This document shows positions 1-12,000 of a stretch of 64,000 bases of DNA, in pieces. Under the pieces are notes generated by a model. It was not told where the DNA came from. It searched no databases and saw nothing but the letters and a program-made list of their open reading frames with translations. Source of the stretch: an uncultured bacterium (GTDB lineage Bacteria > Oederibacteriota > JAAXVQ01 > JAUVAV01); the NCBI GenBank assembly GCA_964630235.1, contig CAZVUO010000001.1, positions 254,588-318,587 of the forward strand. The letters are read 5' to 3'. A program made the position numbers and the translations under genes. Position 1 is the stretch's first letter. Each line of letters opens with the position of its first letter.

Positions 1-3000
1 GATGTTCGTGGTCGCCAGGGCGTCGTCCATGTCCACCGTGTTCTTGGCACCCGTGGCGTCCACCTTGGCTTTGACGCCCCGGAGTTCTCCGCCCTTGAAA
101 TAGAAGCCGAACGCATCGTAATTCATATCGCCCTGCCACTGGCCGCCGCCCTTGTCCGTGAAGGTTTCGTGGGCTTTGGTCCAGTAGCCCTTGTTCTGGG
201 CCGTGCCGGTGTAGGTGTGCAGCACGCCCATGCTGTCGGTCCAGGTCTTGACGTTCCACCATTTATCCATGAGCAGCTTACCGTCGCGGGCTGAAGTGCC
301 TTCGATCTTGTCCACCCTGGCTCCGGCGTAGGTATAAGTAAAGGAACCGACACCGCCTGAACTGGTCAGCATCTTCTGCGTGGACTGGTTCCAGGTGGTG
401 ATGCCCTTGTCATCCTCGAAGGTCACGTACTCATTGACGCCGCCGAAAACATAATTGACGCTCTCGCCGTCTTCGCGCGTGCCAGTGCCCGTGGTCACGT
501 ACTGGCCGTCATTCTGGAAAGTGATCGTCTGGTTCATGGTGTCGGTGTTGTTCAGGACCCGCTGGGTCAAAACACCGGTGTCCGTATAGGTTTCGGTGCC
601 CGAGCCGTTGTGCAGGCCCATATAATCCGTGTAGGTGATATTGGCGGAGGTGTGGAAGCGTCCTTCCGGGCTGTCGGTATAGTTCCAGCTTATGGATGAA
701 CCGTCGTTATTCCGGCGGTTGCGGGTGAAGATGGCCGAATTTTCATAGCCCTCATCCATGGTCCAGGATTCCGTGCCCTGATTGTCCGTCACCGTGGCCG
801 CGATCGGACCGCGGGAGTTGAGGGTGTAGGAGAAAGTTGCGGTGGTGATGTACGTGGCCTGGGTGTAGGTGACCCGGGATACGGTCGGCAGATACATGTA
901 CTTGTCCGGATCCGGAGACGGGACAATGCCGGACATCTGCACGCTCATGGTATGCCGGTCGCCGCTGAACTCCTGCGTCCCGGCCGTGGGGTTGCCGTCC
1001 GCGTCGCGTCCGGTGTACTCGGTCACATGGATGACCTCGCCGGTCGGATATTTGTAGTCTTCGGTCCAGTTCTTGTATTCCACGCCGTGGACGTCGTAGT
1101 GGATGACTTTGTTTTCGGAATTCTGGACATTGGTCCGGGTTTCCGTCTGTTTGAAGCCTGTCCAGTCGTTATTGACAAAAGTACTGGTATAGATTTCCGT
1201 CTTTTTCTTCTTCCCGTCCTGCTTGTCACGCTGGGTGCGGGAGGCGGTCTTGCGCCCATGCATGTCATAGGCGGTGTTGTCTTCGCGGTACCCTCCCTCC
1301 CCTGTGCTGACCGTGCTCGTGGTCATGCCCGTGGCGGTATTGAATCCATAGGTGGTGTGCGTGACATTGCCGTCTTTGTCCGTGTCGTCGCTCTCCTTCA
1401 CCACGCCGTAAGTGGCGTCGTATTCATTCTTCGTGCTCCCGCGCCCGTTGCACTTGACCATGTTCGATGAGGTGTTCATGCCCGTCGAGGAATCCACGTT
1501 GTACGTGGATTCTGTATGCTGCATGCCATTGGCGCCGTAGATGCTGTCGGTCACGGAATTGGTGTTGAATCCGTCCGCATCGTAGTTCGTCATGGTCGTG
1601 GAATGGCCGGGGCTCAGGGAACGCGTCTGCGCCGCATTGCCGGTCCAGTGCACGGCTCCTGTGCGGTAGATCTCGGAATAGCGCGCGCCTGCCGCGGATC
1701 CATAGAAATTCTCGTTCTGCTTATGCAATCCGGCGGCCGGCAGGCCGTTTTCGTCCGAATACGTCCAAGTGCGGGACAGGCCGCTGGTGGTGTACTTGGA
1801 ACGGCGGATGCCCGTGTTCTGGTTCCAATCCTTGGTCCAGGTATAGCTGGTGCGGCCGGCAGTGGGGCCGATGGTGCCGTTGCTGACCGAATACATCTCC
1901 ACGCCCATCTGGTTATAATCCGAGGTGCTGTCGCCCAGGCCCGTGGTGGTGTACGTCTGCTTCTTCGATCCCGTGAAGTCGTAAATCGTGGAGACCGTGG
2001 TGGTGGAGGTGCGGGCGCGGGAAGCCCCGTAGGTCGTGTCGGTCGTCATGCTGCGGGCAATGCCGTTGATGTCGTGATTGGTGGTGGTGGTGGACAACAG
2101 CTGGCCGCCCAAACGCGAGTAGGACAGGGCCACGGACCGCTGGGTGAATCCGGTCGCGCTGTTGTAGGTCATGGTCGAGTTCGTGCGGGAAGCCAGTCCG
2201 TAAGAGGAAATATTCTCGCTGCGGATGGCCAGACCGTGCCCGTCGTAATTGGTCATGGTCGTGCCGTTGCTGTTGACGGAGGTGGATTGGATCAGTTTGC
2301 CGGTCGTCTGGTTCACCACGTAGGTAATGTTGTTGTTGACCGAATACCCCAGTGTCCAGGCCGCGTTCATGACCGTTATCGCATCGGTCTGCGTGCCAGT
2401 GTCCGAGGTGTAGTTGGTCCAGGTCTCGGACAGCGTGCCGCCTCCGCCGTAGGACCGGCTGTACGTTTCCATGTTGAGGCCGGTGTTGGTATTGGCGTCA
2501 ACATTTGTTTCCACGTTGCGATTGCCTTCGCCGGTGGCGTATTTATTATAGGTCAGCATGTGCTTGGCCACGCCGTACTTGGCGTCGAAGGCATCGGTGG
2601 TGGTGGTGGACAGGCCGTTGTCAGCCACCGTCCGGATATTCAAGCCCGTATCGTGGCTGGCGGTGATGGTCGTGTTGGTGGTCTGCGCCAGGGTGGGCAG
2701 GAAGTCCGTCACGCTGATGGAGCTGGTCGCCGTTCCATAACTGCCCTCGAAGAAGGTCGTGGTGGTGCGGTGCGATGTAACCGCGATGGTTTTTTCGTTC
2801 AGGCCGGTCTGGCGGTTGGCGGTGATGGTCGTGGTGATATCCCGCTCGCCCAGCACGCCCCACTGATTGTGCGCGACTGAGCGTTCGGCCACGCCGTAGG
2901 TGTCTCTGCTGTAATAGGTGTCGGTGGTCCCATACTGGTTGGTGGCGAAGGTGTGCTCGTTCAAACCGCTGTCGCGGTTGGCGGTAATGGTGGTGTTGGT

Positions 3001-6000
3001 ATCCATGGTGTAACCCAGCCCGAAATTGTTCACACTGTGCGAACGTTCCGCCACGCCATACCCGTCGCCCGAATACCAGGTTTCGGTCAGGCCATAGGTG
3101 TTCCTGCCCGAGGTAAACGTATTCAGACCGCTCCAATTATCGGCCGTGATCGTGGTGTTGGTGTCCCGCGTATACCCCAGGCCGTAGTTGTTGAGGGAGT
3201 GCGAACGCTGGGCCGTGCCATAGGTGTCCTGCTTGAACCAGGTTTCGGTGGTGCCATAGGCGTTGACTGAACTGGTGAAAGTGTTCAAGCCGCTCCACAG
3301 GTCCACCGTGATGGTGGTGTTGGTGTCGCGGGTCGCGCCCAGGCCGTAATTGTTCACGGCATGCGACCGCTGCGCCACGCCGTACGAGTCCCCGGTATAC
3401 CAGGTCTCGGACGTTCCATACCGGTTGACGGCGCTGGTGTAGGTGTTCAGGCCGCTCCACCGGTCCGCCGTGATCGTGGTGTTGGTGTCGCGGGTCGCGC
3501 CCAGGCCGTAATTGTTCACGGCATGCGACCGCTCCGCCACGCCGTAGCTGTCCCGCGAATACCAGGTTTCGTTGGTTCCGTAAGCATTCCGCGCGAACGT
3601 GTACTCATTGAGGCCGTTCCACCGGTTCGCCTGGATGGTGGGTGTGTCCGTGTCACGCGTCGCGCCCAAGCCGAAATTATTCACCGCGTGCGACCGCGTC
3701 GCCACGCCGTACGTGTCCTGCGCGTACCAGGTCTCGGTCCGGCCGTACGCACTGACTGCATGGGTATAGGTATTCAGGCCGTTCCACCGGTCCGCCGTAA
3801 TGGTCGTGTTGGAGTCCCGTCCGGCGCCCACGCCAAAATTGTTCACGGAGTGGGAGCGTTCCGCTACGCCGTACGTGTCCTGGGAGTACCAGGTTTCGGT
3901 GGTGCCATAGGCATTGGTCCCGGTCGTGTAAACGTTCAGGCCGCTCCAGGTGTCGGCGGTGATGGTGCTGTTGGTGTCCCGCGTGGCGCCCAGCCCGAAA
4001 TTGTTCATGCTGTGGGACCGTTGGGCCGTGCCATAGGTGTCCTGTGAATACCAGGTCTCCGTGGTGCTGTAGGCATTGACCGAACTGGTGAAGGTGTTCA
4101 AGCCGCTCCAGCGGTCCACGGTGACGGTGGTGTTGGAATCGCGCGTGGCGCCCAGACCAAAGTTGTTCACACTGTGCGAGCGTTCGGCCACGCCGTAGGA
4201 GTCCGATGCATACCACGTTTCGGTCCGGCCGTAGGCGTTGGTCGCGTTGGTGTAGGTGTTCAGACCGTTCCAGCGGTCCGCCGTAATCGTCGTGTTCGTG
4301 TCGCGGCTGGCGCCCAGCCCGTAGTTATTCACGCTGTGCGACCGTTCCGCCACGGCATACGTATCCTGGCTGTACCACGTTTCCGTCGTGCCATAGGCGT
4401 TGACGCCTACGGTAAACGTGTTCAGGCCGTTCCAGCGGTCCGCGGTGATGGTGGACGTGGTGTCGCGGGTCGCGCCCAGCCCGTAATGGTTGATGCTGTG
4501 CGACCGCTCCGCCACGGCATACGTATCCTGGCTGTACCACGTTTCCGTCGTGCCATACGCATTGCTGGCGATGGTGTAGTCATTGAGGCCGTCCCACCGG
4601 TCCGCGGTGACAGTCGTGTTCGTGTCGCGCGTCGCGCCCAGGCCAAAGTTGCTCAGACTGTGCGACCGTTCCGCCACGCCGTACGTGTCCTGCGAATACC
4701 AGGTCTCGGTCGTGCTATAGGCGTTGACGGCATTGGTGTAGGTGTTCAGGCCGTTCCAGCGGTCCGCCGTGATGGTCGTATTGGTGTCGCGCGTCGCGCC
4801 CAGCCCGAAGTTGTTCAGGCTGTGCGACCGTTCCGCCACGCCGTAGCTGTCCTGCGAATACCAGGTCTCGGTCCGGCCGTAGGCATTGGTCGCGTTGGTG
4901 TAGGTGTTCAGGCCGTTCCAGCGGTCCGCCGTGATCGTCGTATTGGTGTCGCGCGTCGCGCCCAGCCCGAAGTTGTTCAGGCTGTGCGACCGTTCCGCCA
5001 CGCCGTAGCTGTCCTGCGAATACCAGGTCTCGGTCCGGCCGTAGGCATTGGTCGCGTTGGTGTAGGTGTTCAGGCCGTTCCAGCGGTCCGCCGTGATCGT
5101 CGTATTGGTGTCGCGCGTCGCGCCCAGCCCGAAGTTGTTCAGGCTGTGCGACCGTTCCGCCACGCCGTAGCTGTCCTGCGAATACCAGGTCTCGGTCCGG
5201 CCGTAGGCATTGGTCGCGTTGGTGTAGGTGTTCAGGCCGTTCCAGCGGTCCGCCGTGATGGTCGTATTGGTGTCACGCGTCGCGCCCAGCCCGAAGTTGT
5301 TCAGACTGTGCGACCGTTCCGCCACGCCGTAGCTGTCCTGCGAATACCAGGTCTCGGTCACGCCATACGCATTCACGGCATTGGTGTAGGTATTCAGCCC
5401 GTTCCAATTGTCGGCCGTAATGGCCGTGGTGGTGTCGCGGCCGGCGCCGACGCCAAAGTTATTGACGGAATGCGACCGTTCAGCCGTGCCAAAGCTATCC
5501 TGCTTGTACCAGGTCTCGGTCCGTCCGTAGGCGTTGGTGGCCACGGTATAATCGTTCAGTCCGTTCCAGCGGTCCGCCGTGATCGTCGTATTGGTGTCGC
5601 GCGTCGCGCCCAGCCCGAAGTTGTTCAGGCTGTGCGACCGTTCCGCCACGCCGTAGCTGTCCTGGGTGTACCAGGTTTCCGTCGTGCCGTAGGCATTGGT
5701 GGCGAAGGTGTACGTGTTGAGCCCGCTCCAGCGATCCGCTTGGACCGTGGTGTTGGTGTCGCGCGTCGCGCCCAGCCCAAAGTTGTTCAGGCTGTGCGAC
5801 CGTTCCGCCACGCCGTAGCTGTCCTGTGTATACCAGGTTTCCGTCGTGCCATAGGCATTGGTGGCGAAGGTGTAGTCGTTCAAGCCGTTCCAGCGGTCCG
5901 CCGTGATGGTCGTGTTCGTGTCGCGCGTCGCGCCCAGCCCAAAGTTGTTCAGGCTGTGCGACCGCTCGGGAACGCCGTAGGTGTCGCGGGCATACCAGGT

Positions 6001-9000
6001 TTCGGTCATGCCATAGGCGTTGGTGGCCACGGAATATGTATTGAGGCCGTTCCAGGTGTCGGCGGTGACTTGGGTCGTGGTGTCGCGCGTCGCGCCCAGA
6101 CCATAATTATTGACCGTATGGGTGCGTTCCGTGACGCCATATGAATCTTGCGTAAACCAGGTCTCGGTCATGCCGTAGGCGTTGGTGCCGATGGAGTAGT
6201 CGTTCAACCCGTTCCAGCGATCCGCGGTGATGACCGTGTTCGTGTCCCGCGTGGCCCCGATGCCGAAATTGTTCAGGCTGTGGGACCGCTCCGCCACGCC
6301 ATACGTATCGTCCGTGTACCAGGTCTCGGTCATGCCGTACGCGTTCACGGCGTGGGTGTATTCATTCAGGCCGTCCCACCGGTCCGCCTGGATGGTGGTA
6401 TTCGTGTCACGGGATGCGCCGATGCCAAAATTGTTGAGGCTGTGCGACCGCTCCGCCACGCCGTACGTGTCCTCCGAATACCAGGTTTCCGTGATGCCGT
6501 ATGCATTGCTGGCAAAGGTATACTCATTCAGGCCGTCCCACCGGTCCGCCTGGATGGTGGTCGTGGTGTCGCGGGTCGCGCCCAGACCAAAGTTGTTCAA
6601 ACTGTGCGACTGCTCCGCCACGCCGTACGTGTCCTGCGAATACCAGGTCTCCGTCGTACCGTAGGCATTGGTGGCAAACGTGTACTCGTTTAAACCGTCC
6701 CACCGGTCCGCGGTGATGACCGTGTTCGTGTCCCGCGTGGCTCCGATGCCGAAATTGTTCACCGCATGCGACCGCTCCGCCACGCCGTACGTGTCCTGTG
6801 AATACCAGGTCTCGGTCATGCCGTAGACATTGGTCGCGATGGTGTAATCGTTCAGACCGTCCCACCGGTCCGCGGTAATGACCGTGTTGGTGTCCCGCGT
6901 GGCCCCGATGCCGTAGTTGTTCACCGCATGCGACCGCTCCGCCACGCCGTACGTGTCCTGCGAATACCAGGTCTCGGTCACACCGTAGGCGTTTTGAGAG
7001 ATCGTATAATCATTCAGGCCGTCCCACCGGTCCGCGGTAATGACCGTGTTGGTGTCCCGCGTCGCGCCCAATCCGTAGTTATTCATCGCGTGCGACCGTT
7101 CCGCCACGCCGTAGGTGTCGTCGGAGTACCAGGTTTCGGTCGTGCCGTAGGCATTGGTGCCGAAGGTGTATTCGTTCAGCCCGTCCCACCGGTCCGCCTG
7201 AATGGTCGTCAGGTTGTCGCGGGTCGCGCCCAGGCCAAAGTTGTTCAGGCTGTGCGACCGCTCCGCCACGCCGTACGTGTCCTGCGAATACCAGGTCTCC
7301 GTCGTACCGTAGGCATTGGTGGCAAACGTGTACTCGTTTAAACCGTCCCACCGGTCCGCCTGAATGGTGGTCATGGTATCCCGCGTCGCGCCCAAGCCGA
7401 AGTTATTCACCGCGTGGGACCGCTCCGCCACGCCATACGTGTCTTCCGAGAACCACGTCTCGGTCATCCCGTAGGCGTTGGTTGCCAGGGTGTACTCATT
7501 TAAACCATCCCACCGGTCTGCCTGAATGGTCGTAGCGGTATCCCGGGTCGCTCCAATGCCGAAATTGTTCACCGCGTGCGACCGCTCCGCCACGCCGTAG
7601 CTGTCCTGTGAATACCAGGTCTCGGTCACGCCATAGGCATTGGTCCCAATGGTGTAATCATTCAACCCATCCCAGCGGTCCGCCGTGATGATGGTGTTGG
7701 TGTCCCGCGTGGCGCCGATGCCGTAGTTGTTCACCGCATGCGACCGTTCCGCCACGCCGTAGGTGTCGTCCGAGTACCAGGTTTCCGTCATGCCGTACGC
7801 ATTCACGGCATGCGTGTAATTGTTCAACCCATCCCAGCGATCCGCGTCAATGGTCGTGTTCGTGTCCCGCGTCGCGCCCAACCCGAAATTGTTAAGGGAA
7901 TGCGAGCGCACCGCCACCCCGTAGGAATCTTCCGAGAACCAGGTTTCGGTGGTGCCATAGGCATTGGTGCCGAAGGTGTATTCGTTCAGGCCGTCCCACC
8001 GGTCCGCCTGAATCGTGGTTTGGTTGTCGCGGGTCGCACCCAAGCCGAAGTTGTTCACGGCGTGCGACCGTTCGGCCACGCCGTAGGTGTCTTCCGAGAA
8101 CCAGGTTTCGGTCATGCCATAGGCGTTTACGGCCATGGTATACTCGTTCAAACCGTCCCACCGGTCCGCCTGAATGTCCGTGGTGGTGTCCCGCGTCGCG
8201 CCAATACCGAAGTTGTTCATGGCGTGCGACCGTTCCGCCACGCCGTACGTATCCTGCGAGTACCAGGTCTCGGTCGTGCCATAGACGTTCACGGCATACG
8301 TGTAATCATTTAAGCCGTCCCACCGGTCGGCCGTAATGGTGGTATTCGTGTCCCGGGTGGCGCCGATGCCGAAGTTATTCAGGCTGTGAGAACGTTCGGC
8401 CACGCCGTACGTGTCGTCGGAATACCAGGTCTCGGTCGTGCCGTATGCATTGGTGGCCAGGGTATAGTCGTTCAAGCCGTCCCATTGTCCGGCCTGAATG
8501 ATGGTGTTGGTGTCCCGGGTGGCCCCCAGTCCATAGTTATTCACGCTATGGGAACGTTCGGCCACGCCGTAGCTGTCTTGTGTGAACCAGGTTTCAGTCA
8601 TGCCGTACGCATTGACGGCCCGGGTATATTCATTCAGGCCGTTCCAGGTATCCACCTGAATCGTCGTGTTGGTGTCGCGCGTCGCGCCCAGACCATAATT
8701 ATTCAAGCTGTGTGACCGTTCCGCCACGCCGTAGCTGTCCTGGGTATACCAAGTTTCCGTCATGCCATAGGCATTTTCGGCCAGCGTGTGCTCGGTCAAT
8801 CCATCCCACGTGTCGGTATCAATGTCCGTGGTCGTATCCCGCGTGGCGCCAATCCCGTAATTATTCAGGCTATGAGACCGGTCCGCGACGCCATAAGAGT
8901 CCTCCGTGTACCAGGTCTCCGTCATGCCGTAATCATTCGTGGCTTTGGTATAGATGTTCAGACCGTTCCAGCGGTTGGCATCAATCTGCGTCGTGGTATC

Positions 9001-12000
9001 CCGCGTGGCGCCAATGCCGAAGTTATTCAGGCTGTGCGAACGCTCGGCCACGCCGTAGCTGTCCGTGGAATACCAGGTCTCCACGGTGCCGTAGGCGCTC
9101 TCCGAGAACGTCCGGATGTTCAAGCCGTTGAAGGTGTTGACCTCCATATTGCCTTCTTTGATCCAGCTGTGCCGCGTCGCACCCAACCCGAAGTTGTTGT
9201 TCGTATCCGAGGACTTGGCCACGCCGTACGCGGCGTCGTCATACCACGTTTCCACGGTGCCGTACGCGCTTTCCGAGAACGTCCGGATGTTCAGGCCGTT
9301 CCAGGTATTGACCTCCATATTGCCCTTGGAAATCCAGCTGTGCCGCGTCGCGCCCAACCCGAAGAAGTTATTCGTATCCGAAGAGTGGGCCACACCGTAA
9401 TCCTTGTCATCGTACCAGGTTTCGACGGTGCCGTAGGCGCTCTCCGAGAACGTCCGGATGTTCAGGCCGTTCCAGGTGTTGACCTCCATATTGCCCTTGG
9501 AAATCCAGCTGTGCCGCGTCGCGCCCAACCCGTAATTATTGTTGGTGTCCGAGGACTGCGCCACGCCGTACTGCTGATCTTCATACCACGTCTCAACCGT
9601 GCCGTATTCGCTCTCCGAGAACGTCCGGATGTTCAAGCCGTTCCAGGTGTTGACCTCCAGATTGCCGTCGCTGATCCAGCTGTGCCGGGTCGCCCCCAGC
9701 CCGAAGTTGTTGTTCGTATCCGAGGAACGCGCCACGCCGTAAGACACGTCATCGTACCAAGTTTCGACCGTTCCGTACGCGCTCTCCGAGAAGGTGTGCT
9801 GGTTCAAGCCGTTCCAGGTATTGACTTCCATGTTGCCTTCTTCGATCCAGCTGTGCCGCGTCGCGCCCAACCCGAAGTTGTTGTTCGTATCCGAGGACTT
9901 GGCCACGCCATAGGTTTCGTTTTCATATTGGGTTTCCGTCGTGCCGTACGCGCTTTCGGAGAACGTGCGCTTGTTCAATCCGTTATACGGATCGACTTCC
10001 ATTTCCCCTTCCTTGATCCAGCTGTGCCGGGTCGCCCCCAGTCCGAAGTTGTTGACCGTATCCGAGGCCTTGGCAATGCCGTACTGCGCGTCGTCGTACC
10101 AGGTTTCCACCGTGCCGTACGCGCTCTCCGAGAACGTCCGGATGTTCAGGCCGTTCCAGGTGTTGATCTCCATTTTGCCTTCCTTGATCCAGCTGTGCCG
10201 GGTCGCCCCCAGCCCGAAGTTATTGTTCGTATCCGAAGCCTTGGCCACACCGTGCTGTTTATCTTCGTACCAGGTTTCCACCGTGCCGTACGCGCTCTCC
10301 GAGAAGGTGTGCTGGTTCAAGCCGTTCCAGGTATTGACCGCCATATTCCCGCGCTTAATCCAGCTGTGCTGGGTGGCGCCCAGGCCGAAATTATTATTGG
10401 TGTCCGACGCGACCGCCACGCCATATTGGGCGTCCTCATACCAAGTCTCCGTGGTTCCGTACTCACTCTCCGAGAACGTCCTCTGGTTCAGGCCGTTCCA
10501 GGTGTTGACCTGCATGTTGCCTTCTTTGATCCAGCTGTGCCGCGTGGCGATCAATCCGAAATTGTTGTTCGTGTCCGAAGCCTTGGCCACGCCGTACTGG
10601 CCGTCGTCGTACCAGGTCTCGGTCGTGCCGTACGCGCTCTCCGAGAACGTCCGGATATTCAATCCGTTGTAGGTGTTGACCTCCATATTGCCTTCTTTGA
10701 TCCAGCTGTGCCGCGTCGCACCCAGGCCGAAGTTGTTGTTCGTGTCCGAAGCCTTGGCCACGCCGTACTGGCCGTCGTCGTACCAGGTCTCGGTCGTGCC
10801 GTACGCGCTCTCCGAGAACGTCCGGATGTTCAAGCCGTTCCAGGTGTTGACCTGCATATTGCCTTCTTTGATCCAGCTGTGCCGCGTCGCGCCCAACCCG
10901 AAGTTGTTATTCGTGTCCGAGGCGACTGCCACGCCAAACTGGCCGTCTTCGTACCAGGTCTCGGTCGTGCCGTACGCGCTCTCCGAGAACGTCCGGATGT
11001 TCAAGCCGTTCCAGGTGTTGACCTGCATATTGCCTTCTTTGATCCAGCTGTGCCGCGTCGCGCCCAACCCGAAGTTGTTGTTCGTGTCCGAGGCGACTGC
11101 CACGCCGTACTGGCCGTCTTCGTACCAGGTCTCGGTCGTGCCGTACGCGCTCTCCGAGAACGTCCGGATGTTCAGGCCGTTCCAGGTGTTGACCTCCATG
11201 TTCCCGTTTTTGATCCAGCTGTGCCGCGTCGCGCCCAACCCGAAGTTGTTATTCGTGTCCGAGGCCCTGGCCACCCCGTACTGGCCGTCGTCGTACCAGG
11301 TCTCGGTCGTGCCGTACGCGCTCTCCGAGAACGTCCGGATATTGAGGCCGTTGTAGGTGTTGACCTCCATGTTGCCTTCTTTGATCCAGCTGTGCCGCGT
11401 CGCGCCCAACCCGAAGTTGTTGTTCGTGTCCGAGGATTTGGCCACGCCGTACTGGCCGTCTTCGTACCAGGTCTCGGTCGTGCCGTATGCGCTCTCCGAG
11501 AACGTCCGGATATTGAGGCCGTTGTAGGTGTTGACCTCCATGTTGCCTTCTTTGATCCAGCTGTGCCGCGTCGCGCCCAGGCCGAAGTTGTTCTTGGTAT
11601 CCGAGGATTTGGCGACGCCGTGTTCCTCATCGTCGTACCAGGTCTCGGTCGTGCCGTACGCGCTCTCCGAGAAGGTCCGGATATTCAAGCCGTTGAAAGT
11701 GTTGACCTCCATGTTGCCTTCGGAAATCCAGCTGTGCCGTGTCGCGCCCAACCCGAAGTTGTTCTTGGTATCCGAGGATTTGGCGACTCCGTGTTCCTTA
11801 TCGTCGTACCAGGTTTCGGTCGTGCCGTACGCGCTCTCCGAGAAGGTCCGGATGTTCAGGCCGTTCCAGGTGTTGACCTCCATGTCGCCGTCTTTGATCC
11901 AGCTGTGCCGCGTCGCGCCCAGGCCGAAGTTGTTGTTCGTATCCGAAGCCTTGGCCACGCCAAACTGGCCGTCTTCGTACCAGGTCTCGGTCGTGCCGTA

